Below are positions 18,954-28,663 of a DNA stretch of 64,000 nucleotides, one piece after another (positions within the stretch are counted from its first letter, which is position 1; the number at the start of each line of letters is the position of its first letter). Made by a program: the position numbers and the translations under genes. Origin of the DNA: a bacterium (GTDB lineage: Bacteria > Bacteroidota > Bacteroidia > Bacteroidales > Paludibacteraceae); NCBI GenBank assembly GCA_044433285.1, contig JAWXTU010000001.1:109-64108 (forward strand). Direction: 5' to 3'. Below the pieces are notes generated by a model, which did no database searches, was not told the origin of the DNA, and saw nothing but the letters and a program-made list of their open reading frames with translations.

Positions 18954-18973
18954 GGGGAATTTTTAGATCTCCC
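18954..18973 (+). repeat. Solo end module
   Basis: TTCGGGGAATTTTTAGATCTCCC. Begins 10 nt after the rimO stop and ends 10 nt before the HU-gene ATG. Confidence 0.65.
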
Positions 18974-18983
18974 TTAGTATATT

Positions 18984-19268
18984 ATGAATAATAAAGAGTT
19001 TAATGTCGAACTTTCACAACGTTTGTCGCTTTCTAAAAAAGAGAGTGCGGAACTGTTGAAGGATTTTGTAGATGAGCTAACCGTTAATATTATTGATACA
19101 GATGGAGATGTCTCATTTTTATCGCTTGGCAATTTTGAGGTCAAAGAGAAGGGTCAAAAAATTCTTCTCAACCCAGTATCGAAATTAAAAATGCTCATTC
19201 CCCCAAAGTTGGTTCTTAATTTTAAGCCTTCGGTCTCGTTAAAATCTAAATATAAAGGGGTCATCTAA
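18984..19268 (+). CDS. HU/IHF-family DNA-binding protein
   Basis: 94 aa; size and fold pattern (...GNFEVKEK...NP...IPPK..L.FKPS) match the HU/IHF family. Confidence 0.7.
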   Translation: MNNKEFNVELSQRLSLSKKESAELLKDFVDELTVNIIDTDGDVSFLSLGNFEVKEKGQKILLNPVSKLKMLIPPKLVLNFKPSVSLKSKYKGVI

Positions 19269-19298
19269 ATAATTTGTTTCTTTTTTGAAAAATAATTT

Positions 19299-20663
19299 AT
19301 GAAAAATAGATCTACATCAGATATAATCAAAGGTTTTGTTAAACGTAGTGGTCTTTCAAAAGAGGAGGCAACTAGGTTTGCTGCGGAGTTTCAGGCAATT
19401 TTTGAAGAGGCAATTTTAAATGATAAAATTGTTAAGATTTCAGGTTTAGGTACATTTAAACTCGTATTAGTCAATGCACGTAGGAGTGTTGATGTGCGCA
19501 CTGGTGAGTCTATTGAAATTGCTGAGCATTACAAATTCAGTTTTACCCCAGCACCACAATTAAGAGATCAAGTTAATTTGCCATTAGCCCATTTAGAGAC
19601 TGTAGAAATGGGAGGAGATGCTACCGCGTATTCAGAAGAGCTTGATGTAGATATGGAGGATAATTCAATAGCAGAAGATGCCGCTAATTTAGATGCTGAT
19701 CCGATGCAAAAGCTTACTACACAGGCAATTGAGATACAAAGTCTGCTTTCGGATATACAAGGTTTAGCTGGTGATGGTGATACGTCGGATGTTCTGGGTA
19801 CTCTGGATGAGGAAATTAAAGAAGAGGTAAAAGTCGTAGAGGACGAAGTTAAAGAAGAGTTTATTGAAATGGTTCAACAAGAGGATAGAGAGGCAGTTGT
19901 TGAAACAAATGGTGATACAGAAAGGGCAGAAGTAGTCCAAATGGTTGAGGAACAAGAGGAAGAAACAGAAAGTATAGATATTATAAAAATAGAAGAGGAA
20001 GCCGAGAAAGAGAGGTTACGCCGAGAGGAGTCTTTGCGTAAAGTTGTAGAGGCTGTAAATGATGAAAATAACGATGGAGGAAAATTAAAGTGGCTATGGG
20101 TAATTTTATTGTTTGTATTATTATCAGTGTTGGCTTTTTTAATCTTATATAGTTATACAGATATTTTAGATAAATATTTTAAAAGTAGTGATGCAACCTC
20201 TGATGTCAAAGAGCTTGTTGATACTAATTTAGACTCTAATTTCTCTGAAAATCTAGCCGATTCTGTAATTCAAATTGAGACAGATTTAACTGTAGTAGAA
20301 AGTATTGAAATGGGTAAATCTGAAGCGATTGGAGATGATGAACCCCAATCACCCCAATCAGCAGAGTCCGAAACAGCAACACCTACTACTTCTATTTTTG
20401 ACGAAAAACGAAACTATTCAGACATAATAACTACGGTAACTGTTGAGCCTGGTAGCAGACTAACACTCATATCGCTTAAATATTACGGTAGTAAAGATTA
20501 TTGGGTATATATCTACGAGGCTAATCGAGATATTCTTTCCACTCCTAATAACATAGAGATTGGTATGCATCTTCGTATTCCACGTCTGAATCCCCTTTTG
20601 ATTGACACGAAAAATAGTGCCACAATCGCGTATGCAAAATCTCTCCAAGAGCTTTATTTATAG
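19299..20663 (+). CDS. HU-domain fusion protein: N-terminal HU-like domain, acidic linker, TM helix, C-terminal LysM-like domain
   Basis: N-terminus GLGTFKLVLVNARRSVDVRTGESIEI..HYKFSFTPA is HU-like. A long D/E-rich tract follows, then TM WLWVILLFVLLSVLAFLILY. The C-terminus VEPGSRLTLISLKYYGSKDYWVYIYEAN...I..G..LRIP is LysM-like. Confidence 0.6.
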   Translation: MKNRSTSDIIKGFVKRSGLSKEEATRFAAEFQAIFEEAILNDKIVKISGLGTFKLVLVNARRSVDVRTGESIEIAEHYKFSFTPAPQLRDQVNLPLAHLETVEMGGDATAYSEELDVDMEDNSIAEDAANLDADPMQKLTTQAIEIQSLLSDIQGLAGDGDTSDVLGTLDEEIKEEVKVVEDEVKEEFIEMVQQEDREAVVETNGDTERAEVVQMVEEQEEETESIDIIKIEEEAEKERLRREESLRKVVEAVNDENNDGGKLKWLWVILLFVLLSVLAFLILYSYTDILDKYFKSSDATSDVKELVDTNLDSNFSENLADSVIQIETDLTVVESIEMGKSEAIGDDEPQSPQSAESETATPTTSIFDEKRNYSDIITTVTVEPGSRLTLISLKYYGSKDYWVYIYEANRDILSTPNNIEIGMHLRIPRLNPLLIDTKNSATIAYAKSLQELYL

Positions 20664-20732
20664 GGTAGGTAATCTTTGTAATTATTATAAATTTTTAACT
20701 CGCTAAATTGCTGGTAATTCAAAATTTAATAC

Positions 20733-20740
20733 TATTTTTG
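20733..20740 (+). promoter_or_regulatory. -7 box TAttTTTG upstream of the moxR/Bat operon
   Basis: Lies 41 nt upstream of the ATG at 20781. Confidence 0.4.
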
Positions 20741-20780
20741 TCGTTATAAAAATAGAATATCTAATTTTTTAATTAACTTT

Positions 20781-21776
20781 ATGAGTGAAATAGTTGATAT
20801 AAGAGAACTTAACGAGCGTATTGAGCGCCAAAGTTCGTTTGTTGATACCCTAATAATGGGTATGAATCAGACCATTGTTGGTCAAAAACATTTAGTAGAA
20901 TCATTGTTAATTGGTCTTTTGTCTGATGGTCATGTATTGTTGGAGGGTGTTCCAGGTTTGGCAAAAACTTTAGCAATTAAGACGTTGTCTCAATTGATTG
21001 ACGCTAATTATAGTAGGGTGCAATTTACACCAGACTTATTGCCTGCCGATGTTGTGGGTACAATGATTTATAGTCAAAAAAATGAGAAATTCGATATAAA
21101 GAAAGGTCCTATTTTTGCTAATTTTGTATTGGCAGATGAGATTAACCGTGCACCAGCTAAAGTGCAAAGTGCCTTGTTAGAGGCGATGCAAGAGCACCAA
21201 GTAACAATTGGTGAGGAGACTTTCCCATTACCAAGTCCATTTTTAGTAATGGCAACACAAAACCCTATCGAGCAAGAGGGTACATACCCATTGCCAGAGG
21301 CACAAGTTGACCGTTTTATGCTCAAAGTGGTTATATCTTATCCTAAAAAAGAGGAGGAGCGTAAAATTGTTCGTGCACACTTAGCTGGTGGATTTAATGA
21401 AGTTAAGCCAGTTTTGAGTGTAAATGATATAATTAAAGCTCGTGAGGTGGTGCGTGAAATATATATGGATGAGAAGATTGAGAAATACATAGTCGATTTA
21501 ATTTTTGCAACTCGTTTCCCAGACGAATACGGATTAAAAGATATGCAAGGGATGATCTCGTTCGGAGCATCTCCTCGTGCATCTATTAATTTGGCTCTTG
21601 CATCTCGTGCTTATGCCTTTATTAAACGTCGTGGTTATGTTATTCCTGAGGATGTACGTGCTGTAGCACATGATGTTTTACGCCACCGTATTGGTTTGAC
21701 TTATGAGGCTGAGGCAAATAATTTGACCACAGAAGAGATAATTAATGAAATTTTAAATGCTGTAGAGGTGCCTTAA
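20781..21776 (+). CDS. moxR: MoxR-family AAA+ ATPase
   Basis: GVPGLAKT Walker A, FVLADEINRA Walker B, ATQNP sensor region. Confidence 0.92.
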   Translation: MSEIVDIRELNERIERQSSFVDTLIMGMNQTIVGQKHLVESLLIGLLSDGHVLLEGVPGLAKTLAIKTLSQLIDANYSRVQFTPDLLPADVVGTMIYSQKNEKFDIKKGPIFANFVLADEINRAPAKVQSALLEAMQEHQVTIGEETFPLPSPFLVMATQNPIEQEGTYPLPEAQVDRFMLKVVISYPKKEEERKIVRAHLAGGFNEVKPVLSVNDIIKAREVVREIYMDEKIEKYIVDLIFATRFPDEYGLKDMQGMISFGASPRASINLALASRAYAFIKRRGYVIPEDVRAVAHDVLRHRIGLTYEAEANNLTTEEIINEILNAVEVP

Positions 21777-21803
21777 TAGTTAGCCAAATAGCACTAAATT
21801 AGA

Positions 21804-22679
21804 TTGATATTGGAAACTAGTGAACTACTAAAGAAAGTACGTCAAATTGAGATAAAGACGCGCGGACTATCAAATAATATTTTTGCAGGTGAATATCATA
21901 CAGCCTTTAAAGGTAAGGGTATGACATTTGCAGAGGTTCGTGAGTATCAATATGGCGATGAAATAAGAACTATCGATTGGAACGTAACAGCACGTTTTCA
22001 ACACCCTTATGTAAAGGTGTTCGAAGAGGAGCGTGAATTAACTGTTATGTTGCTTATCGACGTCTCTGGTAGTCGGGAGTTTGGTACAGTATCGTCGCTT
22101 AAACAAGATGTAATTACTGAAATTGCAGCTACAATTGCTTTCTCGGCAATTCAAAACAACGATAAAATTGGGGTCATTCTTTTTAGTGATAGAATAGAGA
22201 AATTTATTCCGCCTAAAAAAGGAAAAAAACATATTCTGTATATAATTAGGGAGTTGATTAATTTTAAACCTGAGAGTCGTAAAACTGATATAGAACTTGC
22301 CTTGCGTTACTTTACAAATGTAATAAAGAAACGTTGCACTGCTTTTGTAATTAGCGATTTTATTGTAGATGATCCCCTCGACGATGTTCTGACTATAGCA
22401 AATAAAAAGCATAGTTTAGCTGTTATTAGAGTTTTTGATAAGCGAGATGCTCAACTACCTGATGTAGGCTTGATTAAGATGAAAGATGCTGAAACAGGTA
22501 AGAGGGTATGGGTAGATACATCACTGCGTAAGGTGCGTATGATGTATCGTAATTTATGGGAAGAAAAAAGACTTTTGTTGCAACAAAGTCTTAAGCGTGC
22601 TGGTATAGATGCTGTTGGTATAGAACTTGGTGAAGATTATGTTAAAGCGCTTATGCAACTTTTTAATATGAGGAAATAG
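21804..22679 (+). CDS. DUF58 (VWA-like) protein partnered with MoxR
   Basis: 291 aa. REYQYGDEIRTIDWN signature of DUF58. Apparent TTG start. Confidence 0.85.
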   Translation: MILETSELLKKVRQIEIKTRGLSNNIFAGEYHTAFKGKGMTFAEVREYQYGDEIRTIDWNVTARFQHPYVKVFEEERELTVMLLIDVSGSREFGTVSSLKQDVITEIAATIAFSAIQNNDKIGVILFSDRIEKFIPPKKGKKHILYIIRELINFKPESRKTDIELALRYFTNVIKKRCTAFVISDFIVDDPLDDVLTIANKKHSLAVIRVFDKRDAQLPDVGLIKMKDAETGKRVWVDTSLRKVRMMYRNLWEEKRLLLQQSLKRAGIDAVGIELGEDYVKALMQLFNMRK

Positions 22680-22682
22680 TGT

Positions 22683-23651
22683 ATGATTAAACGTGTTATA
22701 TTTTCTGTTATATTGTTTATTTCTACTGTGTCTGTTGGGGCACAGGTGTCCGTTTCTGCCTCTCTCGATTCTATAGCATTGTTTATTGGCGAACAGACAA
22801 AATTAACGTTGCAAGTTAATCAACCTGCAGATCGTTTTGTGCAATTTCCTTTCTGTTCAGATACTGTTGTTTCTGGACTAGAAATAGTATCGTCGTTAGC
22901 TGTTGATACTCAGCGTTTAGACGATGGTTCTATACAAGTGCAAAATAGTTATCTGCTTACATCTTTCGATTCTGCTGTAATATATATTCCACCTTTTGAA
23001 TTTGTAGATGGAGAAGATACTCTTTTGTCTAACTCTCTATCTCTTAAAATAGTAGATATGCCAGTTGATACAACTCAACAAGCAATTGCAGATATCAAAG
23101 GTGTATATTCCCCTCCTTTTAATTGGGCATATTTCTGGACAGTTTTTTCTATCATCTTCTTTTCTGTAGCTTTAATCGCACTTATTGCGTGGTTAATTTA
23201 TAGATATATGAAAAATAGGGGTGAGGTAGTTGAAGAGGAGGAGGTGTATGTCGATCCTCGTACTGCATATCAAATAGCAATTGAGGACTTATCAGACTTG
23301 CAAGAGCAAAAGCTTTGGCAGTCAGAGAAGTATAAGTTATATTATACTCAATTGACAGATATTGTACGTACGTATATCAAACGTAGATTTGCCATAGGAG
23401 CGTTAGAGCAGTCAACCGAAGAGCTTTTGACTGAATATAAAGATATGAAATTGCCAAAAGAGCAGAGTAAATCGATGACTCTTTTACGTGATATGTTGCA
23501 AATATCAGATTTAGTGAAATTTGCTAAATGGGTGCCAGTAGCCGAAGATAATGTTAGAATATTTGAACAGGCAAAAGAGTTTGTTGAGTTGACAAAAATT
23601 ACAGAGGAAGAGGTGGCTGAAAAGCAAGAGGATACTATTATAGAAAATTAG
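22683..23651 (+). CDS. Bat-operon membrane protein of unknown function
   Basis: Signal peptide, beta-rich N-terminal domain, single TM (FWTVFSIIFFSVALIALIAWLIY), helical C-terminal domain. Sits between DUF58 and BatA. Confidence 0.6.
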   Translation: MIKRVIFSVILFISTVSVGAQVSVSASLDSIALFIGEQTKLTLQVNQPADRFVQFPFCSDTVVSGLEIVSSLAVDTQRLDDGSIQVQNSYLLTSFDSAVIYIPPFEFVDGEDTLLSNSLSLKIVDMPVDTTQQAIADIKGVYSPPFNWAYFWTVFSIIFFSVALIALIAWLIYRYMKNRGEVVEEEEVYVDPRTAYQIAIEDLSDLQEQKLWQSEKYKLYYTQLTDIVRTYIKRRFAIGALEQSTEELLTEYKDMKLPKEQSKSMTLLRDMLQISDLVKFAKWVPVAEDNVRIFEQAKEFVELTKITEEEVAEKQEDTIIEN

Positions 23652-23661
23652 TTTTTATTGT

Positions 23662-24648
23662 ATGATTACATTTAATAATCCAGAATATTTGTGGGGTCTG
23701 TTGGTTTTAGTGCCAATGGCTATTTGGTATATTTTTAAAGAGTACCAATCTGCGGCTAGTCTTCAGGTCTCGTCTATATCTCAATTTTCAAAAATACCTA
23801 AGAGCAGACGTCAATATCTTTTTCATTTACTATTTCTTTTGCGTATGGCGGTAATATCACTGCTCATCGTTACAGTGGCTCGTCCACAGTCGAGCGATAG
23901 TTACAGAACCGAAACAACCGAAGGAATTGATATTATGCTTGCATTGGATATCTCAGGGAGTATGTTAGCTGAAGATTTAAAGCCCAATAGATTAGAAGCG
24001 GCAAAAGATGTGGCTGTTGAGTTTATCTCAGATAGACCAAATGATAATATCGGTTTGGTGGTTTTTGCGGGTGAGAGTTTTACTCAATGTCCATTGACTA
24101 TTGATCATACCGCACTTATCAACCTATTTAAATCGGTTAAATCTGGAATGATAGAAGATGGTACCGCAATTGGACTTGGCTTGGCAAATGCTGTTAATAG
24201 AATTAAAGATAGCAAAGCAAAATCTAAGGTTATCATCTTACTTACAGATGGTTCGAATAATAGGGGTGATGTAGCTCCAATTACCGCAGCGGAGATAGCA
24301 AAAAGTTTTGGTGTAAGAGTATACACAGTTGGTGTTGGAAAACAGGGAATGGCTAGATATCCATTTCAAACTCCCGTTGGTATTCAATATCAAAATATAC
24401 CAGTTGAGATTGATGAAGATGTTCTTAAAGAGATTGCACAAATGACAGGTGGTAGCTATTTTAGGGCTACAGACAATACAAAACTGCGCTCTATTTACGA
24501 AGAGATTGACCAACTTGAGAAAACAAAATTAAACGTACAAGAGTATAGCAAACGCAATGAGGAGTATACAAAATACTTGTTGTTGGCATTTCTATTATTA
24601 GCGTTGGAGCAGTTGATACGCTATCTTCTTTTACGTCATTTACCATAA
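23662..24648 (+). CDS. batA: VWA-domain membrane protein BatA
   Basis: Two N-terminal TMs, a VWA MIDAS motif (LALDISGSM ... LLTDGSNN), C-terminal TM. Confidence 0.85.
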   Translation: MITFNNPEYLWGLLVLVPMAIWYIFKEYQSAASLQVSSISQFSKIPKSRRQYLFHLLFLLRMAVISLLIVTVARPQSSDSYRTETTEGIDIMLALDISGSMLAEDLKPNRLEAAKDVAVEFISDRPNDNIGLVVFAGESFTQCPLTIDHTALINLFKSVKSGMIEDGTAIGLGLANAVNRIKDSKAKSKVIILLTDGSNNRGDVAPITAAEIAKSFGVRVYTVGVGKQGMARYPFQTPVGIQYQNIPVEIDEDVLKEIAQMTGGSYFRATDNTKLRSIYEEIDQLEKTKLNVQEYSKRNEEYTKYLLLAFLLLALEQLIRYLLLRHLP

Positions 24649-24668
24649 TCCCTTAATAAAATATTATT

Positions 24669-25040
24669 ATGCGATACATATTTTTAATTATAGCGTTTGC
24701 CTCATCAATTTATTCATCGGCACAATTTCATGCTAACACTTTAGTAGTAGAATCTGCCGATACAACTAAATTTTATCTCTCTGTAGATGGGTATATAGCG
24801 AATAGAACACCAGAAGTAAAAGTAACTGTGCCGCAGATATATTCGCAAGAGGTGAGTTTAAAGATAATATTTGCCGACTCTTCTTATGCTCCAATTAGTG
24901 CTGAAAATCTGATAATAGTACGCGAATCAACTAAAAAGAAAAGATTTACTCCACGCCCATACAAGGCGATATATCAAGTTACAGCAAAGAAAAAACGCTC
25001 TAAAATAAAATTAGTTAGCATCACCTCTATTGAGAGATAG
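24669..25040 (+). CDS. Small secreted hypothetical protein inside the Bat operon
   Basis: 123 aa, signal peptide (IAFASSIYSSAQ), basic C-terminus. No family recognised. Confidence 0.5.
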   Translation: MRYIFLIIAFASSIYSSAQFHANTLVVESADTTKFYLSVDGYIANRTPEVKVTVPQIYSQEVSLKIIFADSSYAPISAENLIIVRESTKKKRFTPRPYKAIYQVTAKKKRSKIKLVSITSIER

Positions 25041-25071
25041 GAGTTGTATAAATTGTAAAGTATAGAGTTAT

Positions 25072-26094
25072 ATGTTTAGATTTCAAAATCCTGATATGTT
25101 TTATCTGCTGATAGCAATTCTGTTGCTGTTCGCATGTTTCATATATAGTTTATATCTGAGAAAGAAAAGATTGCAGCTGTTTGGCGACCCAGAGATAATA
25201 AAGCAGTTAATGCCTAATGCGTCGTATACTCGCCCACGATTAAAATTTTATATTGTTGCTTTTGCAATGCTTTTGATTGTTATGGCGTTGGCGCGTCCGC
25301 AGTTTGGTTCGTCATTGCAAACTAATACAACAAAAGGAGTTGAGGCGATGATGGTACTTGATGTCTCTAACTCTATGATGGCAAATGATGTACTACCCAC
25401 ACGTTTGGATAATGCAAAAATGCTATTGTCAAAATTGATAGATCAGATGCCTGATGATAAATTGGGGTTAATCGTTTTTGCAGGAGATGCCTATATACAA
25501 CTACCTGTAACTTCAGATAATGTATCTGCTAAAATGTTTTTGTCTACAATAAACACCAATTCAGTTCCGATACCAGGAACTGCATTAGGCACAGCAATTG
25601 ATTTGGCTATTAGTGCATTTGGCGATCAACAAAGCGATATAGGTCGCACAATTATTCTTATTACTGATGGCGAAAACCAAGAAGATGATGCAATTGCAGC
25701 AGCAAAATTGGCAAAAGAGAGTGGTATCACAGTAAATGTGGTGGGTATCGGCTCTCCTCAGGGTAGCCCAATACCAGTGCAAGGCACAATGAGTTTTTGG
25801 AAAGATAGCGACGATAAAGTGGTGATATCCAAACTCAATGAGCAGATGTGTCAAGAGGTGGCGGCTGCTGGTGGCGGTAGTTATGTAAGGGCAGATAATT
25901 CAAATATTGCATTGAGGGTGCTCAGTAGAGAGATTGATGCAATGCAAAAAGGAAAGATGGAAGTTAAATCTTACTCTACATATGATGAGCAATTTCACGT
26001 TATGGCTTGGATTGCAATGTTTTTACTTGTAGTTGAATTTTTTATTTTCTCACGTAAGAATAAAAAACTTAGTAAGATTAATTTGTTTGATTAA
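25072..26094 (+). CDS. batB: VWA-domain membrane protein BatB
   Basis: MIDAS motif VLDVSNSM ... LITDGENQ, N- and C-terminal TMs. Confidence 0.85.
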   Translation: MFRFQNPDMFYLLIAILLLFACFIYSLYLRKKRLQLFGDPEIIKQLMPNASYTRPRLKFYIVAFAMLLIVMALARPQFGSSLQTNTTKGVEAMMVLDVSNSMMANDVLPTRLDNAKMLLSKLIDQMPDDKLGLIVFAGDAYIQLPVTSDNVSAKMFLSTINTNSVPIPGTALGTAIDLAISAFGDQQSDIGRTIILITDGENQEDDAIAAAKLAKESGITVNVVGIGSPQGSPIPVQGTMSFWKDSDDKVVISKLNEQMCQEVAAAGGGSYVRADNSNIALRVLSREIDAMQKGKMEVKSYSTYDEQFHVMAWIAMFLLVVEFFIFSRKNKKLSKINLFD

Positions 26095-26107
26095 AATAGT
26101 GTTGGAT

Positions 26108-26812
26108 ATGAGATGTTTAATGACAGTTATATTGTTGCTTGTTACTTTTTTTGCCTATGCTCAAAAAGAGAGTCAGCATGTAAATAAGGGCAACAAATAT
26201 TACGAAAATGAGAAATATGTAGAGTCGGAAGTGGAGTATCGCAAAGGATTAGAAAAGAATAGAGATAGTTTCTCTGGTAATTTTAATCTGGGCAATACAC
26301 TTTTTCGTCAAGAAAAATTTGAAGATGCAGCAAAACAGTTTGAACAAGCTGCTGCATATGCTGATGGAGATAAAGAGAGAGTTGCAGCATCATATCACAA
26401 TCTTGGCAACTCTTTGCTTAGTGCAGGGCAGATAGAGCCGAGCATTGAGGCATATAAGCAGGCTCTCCGCAATAATCCTACTGATCACGAAACAAGATAT
26501 AATCTTGCATATGCAAAAAAGATGTTGCAACAACAAGAGGAGCAACAGCAGCAACAACAGGATAATCAAGAGCAAAACCAAGATCAAAAAGATCAAGAAC
26601 AACAACAAGATCAGCAGCAACAGCAAGAAAATCAAGAGCAAGAGCAACAACAGCAGGAGCAACAACAGCAGCAGTCTAATAACGAGATGACAAAAGAGAA
26701 TGCAGAACAGATATTAGAGGCATTGCAACAAGACGAAAAAGAGACACAAGATAAAGTTAAAGAACAACAGGCAAAACAAGGCAAACGCTACAAAGTGGCT
26801 AAAGATTGGTAA
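26108..26812 (+). CDS. batC: TPR protein BatC with Gln-rich C-terminal tract
   Basis: The ORF-track entry starts at 26033 and overlaps batB. I prefer the in-frame ATG at 26108, which gives a signal/TM start (MRCLMTVILLLVTFFAYAQ). TPR repeats follow, then a Q/E/D/N low-complexity region. Confidence 0.75.
   Translation: MRCLMTVILLLVTFFAYAQKESQHVNKGNKYYENEKYVESEVEYRKGLEKNRDSFSGNFNLGNTLFRQEKFEDAAKQFEQAAAYADGDKERVAASYHNLGNSLLSAGQIEPSIEAYKQALRNNPTDHETRYNLAYAKKMLQQQEEQQQQQQDNQEQNQDQKDQEQQQDQQQQQENQEQEQQQQEQQQQQSNNEMTKENAEQILEALQQDEKETQDKVKEQQAKQGKRYKVAKDW
26525..26680 (+). repeat. CAA/CAG/GAG-rich low-complexity coding tract in batC
   Basis: Encodes QQQEEQQQQQQDNQEQNQDQKDQEQQQDQQQQQENQEQEQQQQEQQQQQ. 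Confidence 0.9.
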
Positions 26813-26821
26813 TTTATTATA

Positions 26822-28663
26822 ATGAAAAATATATTGAAATTTACACTGTTTTTATCATTGTTGATGTTGACTATCAATGTCAATGCAAATGATGATGTGA
26901 AATTTGTTGCCTCAGCTCCTAATGCTGTGGCGGTAGGGCAGCCGTTCAAATTGGTATATACACTCAATCAAACAGGTAAAAATATTCAGTTACCTAGTAT
27001 TAATGGATTTGAGATTATAGCTGGACCTTTTACATCTACCAGCAGTAGCACTCAGTGGGATAATGGTAAAATGTCATCGTCAAAAGAGGTGATGTATACA
27101 TATACTCTGTTGGCTGACAAAGAGGGCGAATATACAGTTCCTGCAGCTACTATCACAGTTGATAAAAAACAACATAAATCAAATGCTTTAAGAATTAAGG
27201 TTGTGCCAGCTGATAAACCTGCGGCAGGACAGAGTTCTACTAAAAGCAACAACTCTCCAGTTCAAACTTCGCAAAGTATCTCAAAAGAGACACTATTTAT
27301 CCGCCCTGTGATAAATAAAACCAATGTATGCGAACAAGAGGCAATATCTCTCACCTATAAAATTTACACCAAGGTAGATTTGGTGGATATTCAGCAGCCT
27401 AAATTTCCAGATTTTAACGGATTTTTTGTACAAGAGATAGAGTTGCCTACTAACAGACAGTTGCAGGTAGAGAATTTTAATGGTGCAAATTATTATACCT
27501 ATGAATTAAGAAAGGTATTGCTATTTCCTCAACGAGCAGGAAAAATAACTATTGATAATATGTCGTGTGATGTGGTGGTTCGTATGCGAAACCAACGTCA
27601 ATCAAGAGGCTTTTTCGATGATATTTTTGCATATAATGAGGTTAAAAAGAGTGTAACATCTACATCTCTTACAGTTAATGTATCACCACTGCCTCAACCA
27701 AAACCAGCAGATTTTGGTGGTATAGTTGGTAATTTCTCTATCGAGTCGTCGATATCAGAAGTGGAGGTGAACGCTAATGAGCCAATCACAATTAAAGTAA
27801 AAGTGTCTGGCTCTGGAAATATGAAGATGATTAAGAATGCTCAGTTCAAATTTCCAGCAGATTTTGAAGTTTACGACCCTACCGTTACAAACAATTTCAA
27901 AGTTACTCCAAGTGGTTTAGCGGGTTCAAAAACAATGGAGTATCTGGTTATTCCTCGTCATAAAGGAGATTTTACAGTGCCAGCCAGAACATTTAGTTAC
28001 TATAACCCAGAGACTAAAACATATAATCAGCTCTCGACAAATGAGTTTAATATCAAAGTTAATAAAGGCGATTCAACATATACACCATCTTCGGCAGTAT
28101 CTAATTTTGCATCGCAAGAGCGTGTAGAACTTATCGGAACAGACATAAGATATATCAAACCAGAATGCGGTAAACTTATTAATGATGCGGTACTTATTAC
28201 AGGTACATTACTATTCTGGTTAGCTTTTATTCTTCCATTCCTTTTGGCTTTAGCATTGCTCTATTTCTTCCGTAAGCAAGCAAAAGAAAATGCAAATGAG
28301 GCGTTAGTGCGTAATAAAAAAGCAAACAAAATGGTGCAAAGGCGACTTAAAGTTGCATCTGTTGAATACAAGGCTGGGCGCAAAGATACCTTCTACGATG
28401 AGATATTAAAGGCACTTTGGGGATATTTATGTGATAAATTATCTATGCCTCTGTCTGAATTAAATAAGGAAAATGTATCTCAAAAGCTTGCCGATCGCAA
28501 TGTTGATGAAAATATTATTGGGCAGTTTATCTCACTGCTAGATAATTGCGAATTTGAACGATATGCTCCTTTGTCTGATACAAAATCTGCAATGGATAAA
28601 ATATATAATGATACTGTTAATATGATCTCTACGCTAGAGAGTGCTATAAAAAAACAAAAATAA
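26822..28663 (+). CDS. batD: BatD (oxygen-tolerance) protein
   Basis: 613 aa. Signal peptide, beta-rich ectodomain repeats, TM (LLFWLAFILPFLLALALLYFF), cytoplasmic helical tail. Confidence 0.8.
   Translation: MKNILKFTLFLSLLMLTINVNANDDVKFVASAPNAVAVGQPFKLVYTLNQTGKNIQLPSINGFEIIAGPFTSTSSSTQWDNGKMSSSKEVMYTYTLLADKEGEYTVPAATITVDKKQHKSNALRIKVVPADKPAAGQSSTKSNNSPVQTSQSISKETLFIRPVINKTNVCEQEAISLTYKIYTKVDLVDIQQPKFPDFNGFFVQEIELPTNRQLQVENFNGANYYTYELRKVLLFPQRAGKITIDNMSCDVVVRMRNQRQSRGFFDDIFAYNEVKKSVTSTSLTVNVSPLPQPKPADFGGIVGNFSIESSISEVEVNANEPITIKVKVSGSGNMKMIKNAQFKFPADFEVYDPTVTNNFKVTPSGLAGSKTMEYLVIPRHKGDFTVPARTFSYYNPETKTYNQLSTNEFNIKVNKGDSTYTPSSAVSNFASQERVELIGTDIRYIKPECGKLINDAVLITGTLLFWLAFILPFLLALALLYFFRKQAKENANEALVRNKKANKMVQRRLKVASVEYKAGRKDTFYDEILKALWGYLCDKLSMPLSELNKENVSQKLADRNVDENIIGQFISLLDNCEFERYAPLSDTKSAMDKIYNDTVNMISTLESAIKKQK

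Noticed and set aside
26033-26107. N-terminal extension of batC given in the ORF track (start at 26033)
   Set aside because: It overlaps the batB 3' end by 62 nt. The in-frame ATG at 26108 yields a normal signal or TM N-terminus immediately after the batB stop.
26390-26690. ORFs 26390..26665 (minus, poly-Leu) and 26445..26690 (plus, Lys/Asn/Ser-rich)
   Set aside because: These are frame artefacts of the CAA/CAG low-complexity tract within batC.
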